Part shown: piece after piece, positions 53,903-62,247 of the stretch
Numbering within the stretch: the stretch's first letter is position 1
Layout of the letters: every line of letters begins with the position of its first letter
Origin: Bacteroidales bacterium
Lineage (GTDB): Bacteria > Bacteroidota > Bacteroidia > Bacteroidales > WCHB1-69
Direction: 5' to 3'
DNA: 62,802 nucleotides
NCBI GenBank assembly: GCA_045600525.1
Contig: JAZRYC010000162.1
Span: forward strand, 1-62,802
Notes under the pieces: model-generated
Databases searched by the model: none
What the model was told of the DNA's origin: nothing
Seen by the model: the letters and a program-made list of their open reading frames with translations, nothing else
Position numbers and translations under genes: made by a program

Positions 53903-55471
53903 TTATTTGCTCGGAATCCGAATCTTCTGTCCGATATTCACAGAATTGATGTTTGTGATGTGGTTGTATTTGGCCAATTCCGTGGCAGTTTTATTGTATT
54001 TCCGACCAATGGAGGACAGGGTGTCGCCTTTCTTAACCACGTAGATAATATCCGGTTTTTTCACAGGTGCCGGCTTGACGGTGTCTGTGGGGGCAACGGG
54101 CATGGTGTCCTTGACCACGAGGGTTGAATCAGCTACAACGGTGTTGGTAGAATCGGTGGTTGTGGAAACAGGGACTTTGACCACGGTGGTTTGCGCACGT
54201 CGTACCATCAGTCGCTGTCCTACTTTCAGGTAGTTGCTTCTGAGGTGGTTCATGGATTTCAACGCACTAACGGAAATGCCGTATTTGCGGGCAACAGAGG
54301 ATTGTGTTTCGCCTTTGCGGACGGTATGGTATTTGGCCGGAGTGGTTTGAACGATTTCTCCATCGCTATTGGTAGCAGGGGCGTTGAGGTCTTTTGCCGG
54401 CGCAAAATATTCGTCGTAATGATATTTTTCAATGGAATCTTTCAAATCAATAAAGCGAATCAGGTCGTTGGAACGCAGTCTGAGGGGATATGATTTCTTG
54501 AAGGCAGGGATGATTTCTCTCTTGTATTGGGGGTTTAAAGATTTGATTTCATCCTTGTTGATGTTCAGTACGGCGGCAATTTGGTCAAAATGCAGTTCCT
54601 TGTCCACCATGACGGTGTCCACGTCGGTGGGTATGGATAGGGTGGTGGGGGAGATGCCGTACAGGTTGTGGTAGGTCATCATGTAGTAGGCACCGATAAA
54701 GGCAGGAAAATAGTTCTGTGTTTCCTTGGGCAAATATGGACACACGCCCCAGAAATCCTTTTTCCCACCCGAACGTTGGATGGCTTTACGTACGTTTCCC
54801 GCACCGCAGTTGTAGGCAGAAATGGCTAATCCCCAGTCGTTGAAAATGTTGTATAGGTCGCGGAAGTGTCTGGCGGCAGCCTCGGTGGCCTTGTGGGGGT
54901 CGCGACGGTCGTCCACATAGGTGTCCACCTGCAATCCGTATAGTTTGCCAGTATTGTACATAAACTGCCAAATTCCGGTGGCGCCTGCCCGTGACACGGC
55001 GGTGGGATTCAAGGCGGATTCAATAATGGTGATGTAAATCAGTTCTTCGGGAACGTCGTACTTGTCAAAGATCTCGCGCATCCATGGATAGTAGTATTGA
55101 GCCAGTCCAAGAATGACGGAGGAGGAACGCTGGCGCTGCACGGAGTACAATTCGATAAAGCGCTTTACTCTGTCGTTGAAGGCCATGGGCACGGCAGTGA
55201 CAATCTTTGACAGCCGCTGGAATATCATGGTGTCGTTGTTGTCATATGCTGTAGTGTCGTCTTTTAAGGAAGAAAGAACAGAGTTCTTTTTGCTGATTTC
55301 GCTTTGAACGTACCAAATGTTCAGCATAGAGTCCATCACTCTGATTTCTTCGTCCATGTTTATTGCGGCAACGGGAACTTCCTTTTGAGCCGTATCGGCC
55401 ACAGGTTGTGCTGATAATGTGGCTGTTAGAAAAAATATGCAGAGCGATATGGATAAAAGTCTATATAGCAT
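53903..55471 (-). CDS. lytic transglycosylase (SLT domain) with C-terminal LysM repeats, MltD-like
   Basis: IIESALNP.AVSRAGATGIWQFM SLT motif and two clear LysM units (YHTVRKGETQSSVARKYG..., YVVKKGDTLSSIGRKYN...). Confidence 0.85.
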   Translation of the reverse strand: MLYRLLSISLCIFFLTATLSAQPVADTAQKEVPVAAINMDEEIRVMDSMLNIWYVQSEISKKNSVLSSLKDDTTAYDNNDTMIFQRLSKIVTAVPMAFNDRVKRFIELYSVQRQRSSSVILGLAQYYYPWMREIFDKYDVPEELIYITIIESALNPTAVSRAGATGIWQFMYNTGKLYGLQVDTYVDDRRDPHKATEAAARHFRDLYNIFNDWGLAISAYNCGAGNVRKAIQRSGGKKDFWGVCPYLPKETQNYFPAFIGAYYMMTYHNLYGISPTTLSIPTDVDTVMVDKELHFDQIAAVLNINKDEIKSLNPQYKREIIPAFKKSYPLRLRSNDLIRFIDLKDSIEKYHYDEYFAPAKDLNAPATNSDGEIVQTTPAKYHTVRKGETQSSVARKYGISVSALKSMNHLRSNYLKVGQRLMVRRAQTTVVKVPVSTTTDSTNTVVADSTLVVKDTMPVAPTDTVKPAPVKKPDIIYVVKKGDTLSSIGRKYNKTATELAKYNHITNINSVNIGQKIRIPSK

Positions 55472-55548
55472 GAATTGTATTTTCGTTACAAAAAAGAAGC
55501 AAAGTCGGGAAGATTATTAATCCATATTCCCATCATTGCTTGATGATT

Positions 55549-55583
55549 AAAAAAACTCCCATAGATATGTTTTTATGGGAAAG
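55549..55583 (-). terminator. terminator after the MORN-repeat gene
   Basis: Minus strand: ctttcccata aaaacatatc tatgggag followed by T7. Confidence 0.6.
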
Positions 55584-55609
55584 GTTTAACTATTACTACG
55601 AAAAAAACC

Positions 55610-57106
55610 CTATTTTATTGTGTAGTCGTTCCATTTTATTTCGTTACCTTCTTTAAATAAGGTGGTTAGAACAACCACGCCATCTTCATTATATTGTGTC
55701 CAAGCACCTTCCTGTAGTCCCTTTTCGTATTTTCCAGTGGTTTTAATGTTTCCATTTTCCCAGTAGCTGGTGTATTTGCCATCCCGAATGCCTTGGTCGT
55801 ATCGAATTTCAAAGGCTATTCGACCGTTTTCATAGGTGGTTTTCCAGAGTCCTTCTTTTCTGCCGCCTTCATATTCGCCTTGCTCTTTGGCTTCGCCGTT
55901 ACGATAGAACCAGAGTCCTTCTTCATAGCCGGCGGTGTAGATTCCCTTGGTAAGGATTTGTCCTTCCTCGTCGTATTCCACGTATGGGCCGTCAAAATCC
56001 CCGTCGTCATATTGGGCTACGATCATGGAGTCGCCGGTGGGGTAGAACCAAATCCATTCACCGTCTTTCCGTCCCTTCTTATTATAGCTGCCGGTGATTT
56101 CCACTGTTTTGTCTGTAAAGTAGAATTCCCATTCGCCTACGGGAATGGAATTTTTGTATTTGCCCTTGGAGCGGAGTTCACCGGTGGGATAGTATTCTTT
56201 CCATAGTCCCTGGCGGAGGCCGTTGAGGTCGGTGATGCCTTCGTAGCGCAGCCATCCGTCTTGAAAGACATATCCCTTGATGATGTTTCCCGTGGTGTCA
56301 AATTCGCGTCGAATGCCGTCGGGTTTGTCGTTGTAGTAGGTAGCTTCAATGGAGGGGCGTCCGTTGCTGTGATAGGCCGTGCGCTTTTCCAACTGCTTGG
56401 TTTCCTTGGCGTCGGTAATCAGCAGGTCGTGCTCGTATTTTTCCACAAAGAGGAAGTTTCCGCCTTCGTCGTAGTGTTTGAAGAAACCGTGTTTCTTGTC
56501 GTTTAGGTAGTTGCCTTCCAACCGAAGGAATCCGTTTTCCCAAAAGAACTTCCATCCCCCTTGTTTCAAACCGAATTTGTCGGTTCGATTGATTCGCTCA
56601 CGTCGGCTCATGACGCCGTGGTAATAGTTTGTGACGGCAATCACCAATCCTGTGGAGTCGTATTCCTTCCCCATTCCGTGAGGTTTGCCTTCAAAGTAGG
56701 GAATGGATTTCTTTAGCCATCCAGCTTGATCATAGGTTCGCACAGCACCGATAATGGTGTCCTGCTGCCAGATGGATACGGTGTAGTCTTTGGCGGTATA
56801 TTGTATTTGTTCCCCCTCTTTTCTCCCATTCTGATAATTAACGGTCATCTGTTTCCTGCCTTCGCTGTAGAAGACCCAGATGCTGTCCAGTAGGAAGTTC
56901 TTTCGGTTTCCTTCGGAAAGAAGCCGTCCCTGAGGGTCATACGACTTCCACCAGCCGTCGGGCTTCCCATCTATGAGGATGCCTTCGCTGGATTTCACTC
57001 CCGATGGATAATAGAATATCTTATAGTGGTCGGGCAACAAAGTGTCTTGTGCTTGGCCGAGAAGGCATATTAGGGTTAGAAGAAATACCAGAAAGGGTTT
57101 GCTCAT
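55610..57106 (-). CDS. secreted MORN-repeat-variant (YwqK-like) repeat protein
   Basis: From the ATG at 57106 (signal peptide). The body is a long run of ~23-aa G.W..Y...G......Y..G...G repeats. Confidence 0.75.
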   Translation of the reverse strand: MSKPFLVFLLTLICLLGQAQDTLLPDHYKIFYYPSGVKSSEGILIDGKPDGWWKSYDPQGRLLSEGNRKNFLLDSIWVFYSEGRKQMTVNYQNGRKEGEQIQYTAKDYTVSIWQQDTIIGAVRTYDQAGWLKKSIPYFEGKPHGMGKEYDSTGLVIAVTNYYHGVMSRRERINRTDKFGLKQGGWKFFWENGFLRLEGNYLNDKKHGFFKHYDEGGNFLFVEKYEHDLLITDAKETKQLEKRTAYHSNGRPSIEATYYNDKPDGIRREFDTTGNIIKGYVFQDGWLRYEGITDLNGLRQGLWKEYYPTGELRSKGKYKNSIPVGEWEFYFTDKTVEITGSYNKKGRKDGEWIWFYPTGDSMIVAQYDDGDFDGPYVEYDEEGQILTKGIYTAGYEEGLWFYRNGEAKEQGEYEGGRKEGLWKTTYENGRIAFEIRYDQGIRDGKYTSYWENGNIKTTGKYEKGLQEGAWTQYNEDGVVVLTTLFKEGNEIKWNDYTIK

Positions 57107-57120
57107 GGGAGGGGATATAT

Positions 57121-57149
57121 AAAAGGGCAAAGGAAAACCTCTGCCCTTT
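57121..57149 (-). terminator. terminator after the lipoprotein gene 57171..57620
   Basis: Imperfect hairpin aagggcaaagg aaaa cctctgccctt. Confidence 0.45.
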
Positions 57150-57170
57150 CATGCTGCATATTTGTGAATA

Positions 57171-57620
57171 TTATTTCGTACCCGTAAAACTGATGACTTC
57201 AACTCGGGTATTTAGGAGGTCGTTAAGGAGGGCGATGGTGTAGTACACGGTCATCTCAAGCGTGTTTCCGGTAAACTTAGCCTCAATGGTGATATCCTTT
57301 ACGGTTTCCGTAGCCGTGTCAATGTAGTTGTTAGAACCAGTGATGGATTCCAAGATGGTGGCGATATATTCTACGTTCTCACTTTTGCTTTGATAAACTC
57401 CTTCGGAAACATATTCTAAAGGCAGGCAATAATAAAGAAGGATACCGTTTTGAGATATCGGATTGTTGGAGATGGCCACGGTGCCTTGTTTGGTTCTGCC
57501 GTTTTGTTTGATAAAAGTGAAGGTTCCGGAATATTTGCCGGCATATTGCTTACCTTCGCCGTTTGTACAAGCGGTGAAACCAAGGACTAAAAGCAAAAAG
57601 ATAGGGAAAAGTTTTTTCAT
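57171..57620 (-). CDS. lipoprotein of unknown function
   Basis: From the ATG at 57620: MKKLFPIFLLLVLGFTAC lipobox; 149 aa. Confidence 0.65.
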   Translation of the reverse strand: MKKLFPIFLLLVLGFTACTNGEGKQYAGKYSGTFTFIKQNGRTKQGTVAISNNPISQNGILLYYCLPLEYVSEGVYQSKSENVEYIATILESITGSNNYIDTATETVKDITIEAKFTGNTLEMTVYYTIALLNDLLNTRVEVISFTGTK

Positions 57621-57660
57621 TTGAATGAATTTAATAAGGTTATTATTTTTAATTGAGCGG

Positions 57661-57668
57661 CAAAAATA
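57661..57668 (-). promoter_or_regulatory. -7 box TATTTTTG for the lipoprotein/MORN genes
   Basis: Reverse complement of caaaaata, about 40 nt upstream of the ATG at 57620. Confidence 0.4.
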
Positions 57669-57751
57669 CAAAAAAAACGATAGTGTAAAATGTTAAAAAA
57701 CCTTATATGCAAAATGCTATGAAAGGGAATAGTGAGTTTCATCCTTTTTCG

Positions 57752-57759
57752 TATTTTTG
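57752..57759 (+). promoter_or_regulatory. -7 box TATTTTTG immediately upstream of porQ
   Basis: Exact TAnnTTTG followed by C, only about 9 nt before the ATG at 57769, which would give an almost leaderless mRNA. Confidence 0.35.
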
Positions 57760-57768
57760 CGCCTGCTT

Positions 57769-58869
57769 ATGAAGAATATTCAAAGACATATTTCTTTGCT
57801 ATTGTTGTTGTTCCTATTGGTCACAGGAAGTGCGCAGACGGGAGGCCGCGGTGTCTATAGCTTTTTGAATGTCAGTTATTCGCCTCGACTAACGGCGTTG
57901 GGTGGAAATATGATTTCGGTGCACGATGACGATCCGACGTTGTTGATCATGAATCCTTCCTATATTTCCAGTCGCCATAACAATACTCTTTCGTTGAATT
58001 TCACGGACTATTTTACCAATACCAACTATGCGTCGGCCCTGTATTCCCATACTTTCCAAAAGGTAGGAAGCTTTGCCGTGGAGATGCGGTATCTGGGATA
58101 TGGATCTTTTCGGGGTGTGGATGAGTCGGGCGTGGAGACCGGTAGCTTTTCCGCAGGTGATTATGCGCTGACGCTGGGATGGGGTCGTGAACTTTCTCCC
58201 AACTTTTCCATTGGCGCCAATTTGAAAATGATATACTGTGGATACGAATCTTATAACTCGTTTGGCTTGGCTGTGGATGTGGCGGGCAGCTACTATAATC
58301 CCGAGAAGAATCTTTCGCTGACGTTGTTGGCCAAAAACATAGGTTCCGAACTGAAGCCCTTTACTCCGGGAAACTTCGAGCTTCCGCCCTTTGATTTGCA
58401 GTTTGCCCTTTCGCAGCGCCTGCAACATGTCCCCTTTCGCTATCATATTTCCCTTCATGACCTGTATCGTTGGAATATGAACTATTATGGAGAGGACAAT
58501 CCCTTTATGCAGACAGACGCCATCACCAATACGTTGGTGTATCCTTCAAAGTCTGCGCAGTTCTTTGATAATTTCTTCCGTCACTTTGTGTTCGGGTTGG
58601 AAATAGAGCCGTCGAAGTATTTTTCCATACAGGCGGCCTATAACCATAATGCGCATCAGGAGATGAAAATATTGGCCCGTCGTTCCATGGGTGGTTTTTC
58701 CTATGGTCTGACGGTGCATGTGAAGGGAATATACTTTGGTTTTGCCCGCATGCACTATGCCCCGGGTGCCACCCCAAATTGTTTTTCCTTGGCGCTCAAT
58801 TTCGATGAACTTTCTAAACTGCACAAGCAGCATCAGGAGAAAAAGCTTCAGCGTGTGCAGAGTAATTAA
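57769..58869 (+). CDS. porQ: type IX secretion system outer-membrane protein PorQ (tentative)
   Basis: Signal peptide, then GGRGVYSFLNVSYSPRLTALGGN, which I recall as the PorQ-family N-terminal signature. About 366 aa with alternating beta-strand-like composition and a C-terminal aromatic-rich end. Confidence 0.6.
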   Translation: MKNIQRHISLLLLLFLLVTGSAQTGGRGVYSFLNVSYSPRLTALGGNMISVHDDDPTLLIMNPSYISSRHNNTLSLNFTDYFTNTNYASALYSHTFQKVGSFAVEMRYLGYGSFRGVDESGVETGSFSAGDYALTLGWGRELSPNFSIGANLKMIYCGYESYNSFGLAVDVAGSYYNPEKNLSLTLLAKNIGSELKPFTPGNFELPPFDLQFALSQRLQHVPFRYHISLHDLYRWNMNYYGEDNPFMQTDAITNTLVYPSKSAQFFDNFFRHFVFGLEIEPSKYFSIQAAYNHNAHQEMKILARRSMGGFSYGLTVHVKGIYFGFARMHYAPGATPNCFSLALNFDELSKLHKQHQEKKLQRVQSN

Positions 58870-58887
58870 TGTCTAATTTTGTTAAAA

Positions 58888-60084
58888 ATGATTTCTTTTT
58901 CCCCTCCCCATATTGATGATAAGATTTTGGCGGAAGTAGTTGCCGCCTTGAAATCCGGATGGATTACCACAGGACCGCGTACGAAGCATTTTGAACAGAT
59001 GTTGGCCGATTTCTGCGGTGTGCGTCGCGTGTTGGGCGTATGCTCTGCTTCTGCTGGATTGGAACTCATGCTGCGCTGGTTCGGCATTGGCCCGGGCGAT
59101 GAAGTGATTGTTCCCGCCTATACCTATACCGCCACTGCCGAAGTCGTTGTCCATTGTGGTGCCACACCGGTCATGGTGGATGTGAAGGAGGATTTTTTGA
59201 TTTCAGTGGATAAAATCCGACAGGCAATCACGCCGCGTACGAAAGTCATTATGCCGGTGGATATTGCCGGCATGCCCTGCGATTATGATGAAATTAACGC
59301 TTTGGTGAAGGATCCTGATATCCGCAGAATGTTTGCTCCTTCCAATGATCGTCAGCGACAACTCGGCCGAATCCTTGTGCTATCAGATGCGGCGCATTCC
59401 CTGGGGGCGCATTATAGGGGAAAACGGGCAGGAGCCTTGACGGACATAACTGTTTTTTCCTTCCATGCCGTAAAGAATCTCACCACGGCCGAAGGAGGAG
59501 CGATATGTCTCAACCTGCCTGACCCATTTGAAGCCGATGCTTTATATAAATATCTGTGTACCTATTCTCTCCATGGTCAGTCAAAGGATGCTCTGGCCAA
59601 AACGCAGGTGGGCAATTGGCGCTATGATGTGATGGAATGCGGCTATAAATGCAATATGACGGATATGGCGGCAGCACTCGGCATTGTGGAATTAGAACGA
59701 TATGACCGCGAAATACTGAAGCGCCGCAAAGAGATTTTTGACGCCTACACAAAGGCTTTTCAAGGGGATGACCGATTTCAGATTCCCTCTTATGAAACGA
59801 CCGATAAATGCACTTCTTTCCATGTGTATGCCCTTCGCCTAAAGGGTGTTTCCGAAGCACAACGCGATGCTGTGATGCAGCGTATTTTTGAGCAGGAAGT
59901 CAGTGTCAATGTGCATTTCATACCACTTCCCATGCTCACAGCCTATCGGAATATGGGCTACCGAATGGAGGATTATCCTGTGACGTATGATAACTATTCG
60001 CGGGAGATCAGTCTGCCGGTATATTATGATCTCACAGATGAGCAGGTGCAAACCGTGATAGAGGCGGTTCGCCGCGCTGTTTAG
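58888..60084 (+). CDS. DegT/DnrJ/EryC1/StrS family sugar aminotransferase
   Basis: From the ATG at 58888: MISFSPPHIDD...GWITTGP..., with the PLP-lysine context SFHAVKNLTTAEGGAI. Confidence 0.85.
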   Translation: MISFSPPHIDDKILAEVVAALKSGWITTGPRTKHFEQMLADFCGVRRVLGVCSASAGLELMLRWFGIGPGDEVIVPAYTYTATAEVVVHCGATPVMVDVKEDFLISVDKIRQAITPRTKVIMPVDIAGMPCDYDEINALVKDPDIRRMFAPSNDRQRQLGRILVLSDAAHSLGAHYRGKRAGALTDITVFSFHAVKNLTTAEGGAICLNLPDPFEADALYKYLCTYSLHGQSKDALAKTQVGNWRYDVMECGYKCNMTDMAAALGIVELERYDREILKRRKEIFDAYTKAFQGDDRFQIPSYETTDKCTSFHVYALRLKGVSEAQRDAVMQRIFEQEVSVNVHFIPLPMLTAYRNMGYRMEDYPVTYDNYSREISLPVYYDLTDEQVQTVIEAVRRAV

Positions 60085-61157
60085 TTCAAACTCACTCTCG
60101 GGTCGAGCCACCCGTAAATGATGTCGCACAGGATATTGATGATGATGAGCACAATGGACACATACAGCAGCGAGCCCATCACCACAGGAAAATCGTATTT
60201 GTCCAAAGCATCCACGATAACGACGCCCATTCCTTTCCAGTCGAAGATGTACTCCACAAAGACGGCTCCGGCGAGCAACCCGGCTAGCCAGCCGGAAATG
60301 GCGGTCACTACTGGATTGAGTGCGTTCTTCAAAGCATGTTTCATGATGATGGTGCCTTTGGACAGTCCCTTGGCTTTGGCCGTACGGATGTAGTCTTGCG
60401 ACAAGACATCCAAAAGGGAGTTCTTGGTCAGTTCCACTACGACGGCCAACGGACGGATGCCCAAAGTGACGGCCGGCAGAATCAGGTTCTTTAAATCCAA
60501 GTATTGTCCGGTTCCGTAATCATCTACCGTGTAGAGGCTGCCAAACATACTTAACCCTGTCACATCGGACAACAGGAAGGCAAACACCCACGCAAAGAGT
60601 ATGGCGGCGAAAAAAGAGGGCACGGACATGCCGAGAACTGAAAACACCAGCGCCACGTGGTCAAACCAGGTGTCTTTGAATAGGGCACAGAAAATGCCGA
60701 TGATGATGCCCACGATGAGGGCAAGGACAATGGAGACAATGGCCAGCAACACGGTCTTTGGAAATGCCTCCGTGATAATCTCACCAACAGGTCTTTTACT
60801 TTGGTACGAGCGACGAAGATAGGGTGCTTTTAAAACGACAGCGGATTTGGGCAGTGGCAGAATCTTCACGTAGTGGTAGTCATTGTCGTCCAAGTAGAAG
60901 AAGGATTCCTTGTCTTGGGTTTTGTACCACGACAGGGGCGACACGTCGTTGAGGTAGGCTAAATATTGCACTCCGAGAGGCAGGTCCAATCCCATTTCTT
61001 TGCGGATGGCCTCTTCGGTTTGCAGGTCGCTGCGCTGCCCCATCATCATGCGGGCCGGGTCCGACGGCAGCACGGTGAATAGGAAGAACACCAGCGTCAC
61101 TACGCCGAGCATCAGCAACAAACCATACAATATTTTCTTAACAATGTATCGAAGCAC
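60081..61157 (-). CDS. ABC transporter permease (peptide/nickel DppB/OppB-like family)
   Basis: MLRYIVKKILYGLLLMLGVVTLVFFLF...DP N-terminus and the EAA-like loop DYIRTAKAKGLSKGTIIMKHALKNAL. Confidence 0.8.
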   Translation of the reverse strand: MLRYIVKKILYGLLLMLGVVTLVFFLFTVLPSDPARMMMGQRSDLQTEEAIRKEMGLDLPLGVQYLAYLNDVSPLSWYKTQDKESFFYLDDNDYHYVKILPLPKSAVVLKAPYLRRSYQSKRPVGEIITEAFPKTVLLAIVSIVLALIVGIIIGIFCALFKDTWFDHVALVFSVLGMSVPSFFAAILFAWVFAFLLSDVTGLSMFGSLYTVDDYGTGQYLDLKNLILPAVTLGIRPLAVVVELTKNSLLDVLSQDYIRTAKAKGLSKGTIIMKHALKNALNPVVTAISGWLAGLLAGAVFVEYIFDWKGMGVVIVDALDKYDFPVVMGSLLYVSIVLIIINILCDIIYGWLDPRVSLN

Positions 61158-61179
61158 CGCAAGGGTTTTTGAAAGGGCG

Positions 61180-61187
61180 CAAAAATA
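61180..61187 (-). promoter_or_regulatory. -7 box TATTTTTG for the permease gene
   Basis: Reverse complement of caaaaata, about 22 nt upstream of the ATG at 61157. Confidence 0.4.
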
Positions 61188-61333
61188 CGAAAATAATGTG
61201 GTAGTAAGATAATGTGCTAATGCGATTATATACTAGTTGACCTATTTTTAATAATTTGGGCGGCCCGGCATCGCCCACACACCAATCCTCCTCTATGCCG
61301 TCGCGCTTTCCGCCCTAACTTGCTCCCCCCCGC

Positions 61334-61379
61334 CATTGTTCATTATTCATTGTTCATTATTCATTGTTCGTTGCATTCC
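61334..61379 (+). repeat. tandem heptamer array CATTGTT/CATTATT (about 5 units plus degenerate units)
   Basis: Read directly: cattgtt cattatt cattgtt cattatt cattgtt cgttg cattcc. Confidence 0.9.
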
Positions 61380-61717
61380 TGCGCACACGCAAGTAAATGG
61401 GCTCCAATCGCTGCCGCAGTCCTTCGGGGCAAGACATCGGCATAGGCGGCGACAGCAAGTATTTCCTTCGGTGCAAGATATCCCACGCCGCCTGCTCCGC
61501 ACTTCGCCATTCCTCCCCCAGGTCGCGACCTCCACTGCGTTACGGTCTTACCTGGGGTTATAGAGATTCAACCCCGCTGGGGTTGCTGAAGGTACGGCTG
61601 CGCCGTGAAGCTTTTTAATGGAAAGTCAACGGATATATAGTTTCCTTAGGAAATCGTGTTTTTTGACAATAATTCTATGATTCTCACGTTGTTTCACTGT
61701 TTTAATTCTTTATCAAT

Positions 61718-62152
61718 ATGGAAAAATTATTCTTAACCTTAGTCTTTTCAGGCCTTCTTTTGGCCTCTTTTGCACAAAGCAACACCTCCAATTCCGGCCA
61801 GCCCACACAACAGGAAGTCCAAATGAACAATGTGAACCCGCAATGCCAACTGGGTGATTTAACCGAACACAAGGTGACCAAAGAACAAATTCTCGAACAG
61901 CCGTTTTTAAAAGTTGTCCCTGAAATGAATGAGCCTTTCAAGATGGAAATCACCTCTTTCCGAGTAGTATTCGTTATTGGAGGATTTGAAGATCCATCGA
62001 TGTTATGTCAGGGCAATCAGCTTAGCGAAAAAGTAAAAGAAAAAATCGCTAAACTTCCTGTCGGCTCACTCATGTATTTTGAAGATATCAACGCTAAGTC
62101 CAAAGCTTGTACTCGCAAATTGGATGAAGTGACCTATAGGATTGTAGAATAG
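61718..62152 (+). CDS. small secreted protein of unknown function (possibly GldM C-terminal-like fold)
   Basis: Signal peptide MEKLFLTLVFSGLLLASFA. The C-terminal ITSFRVVFV...GNQLSEKVKEKIAKLPVGSLMYFEDINAK pattern loosely recalls GldM_C. The similarity call is weak. Confidence 0.5.
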   Translation: MEKLFLTLVFSGLLLASFAQSNTSNSGQPTQQEVQMNNVNPQCQLGDLTEHKVTKEQILEQPFLKVVPEMNEPFKMEITSFRVVFVIGGFEDPSMLCQGNQLSEKVKEKIAKLPVGSLMYFEDINAKSKACTRKLDEVTYRIVE

Positions 62153-62198
62153 GTTACAGGCGCATTTAACCACTGTTAGTTACACATAATGCAATAAA

Positions 62199-62224
62199 AA
62201 AGGGATGCGGTATCGCATCCCTTT
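62199..62224. terminator. bidirectional terminator between the secreted-protein gene and the EF-G gene
   Basis: aaagggatgcg gtat cgcatcccttt. Confidence 0.7.
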
Positions 62225-62247
62225 TGTTATTTAAGAGTGAATATTGA

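Noticed and set aside
61380-61617. Assignment of the GC-rich island to a known RNA (RNase P, tmRNA, SRP RNA, or a TPP, cobalamin or ZTP riboswitch)
   Set aside because: The conserved core strings I know for these are absent or only partially mimicked, for example GGAAAGUCCGGGC, the tmRNA tag ORF, CUGAGA, GCCACUG and CCGCCUGGGC. I left it as an unassigned candidate.
61336-61618. Overlapping 62-75-aa ORFs (61336..61563 +, 61347..61535 -, 61397..61618 +) in the GC-rich island
   Set aside because: The translations are Arg/Ser/Pro/Cys-rich with no signal peptide or motif, and several frames are open simultaneously, as expected from GC-rich non-coding DNA.
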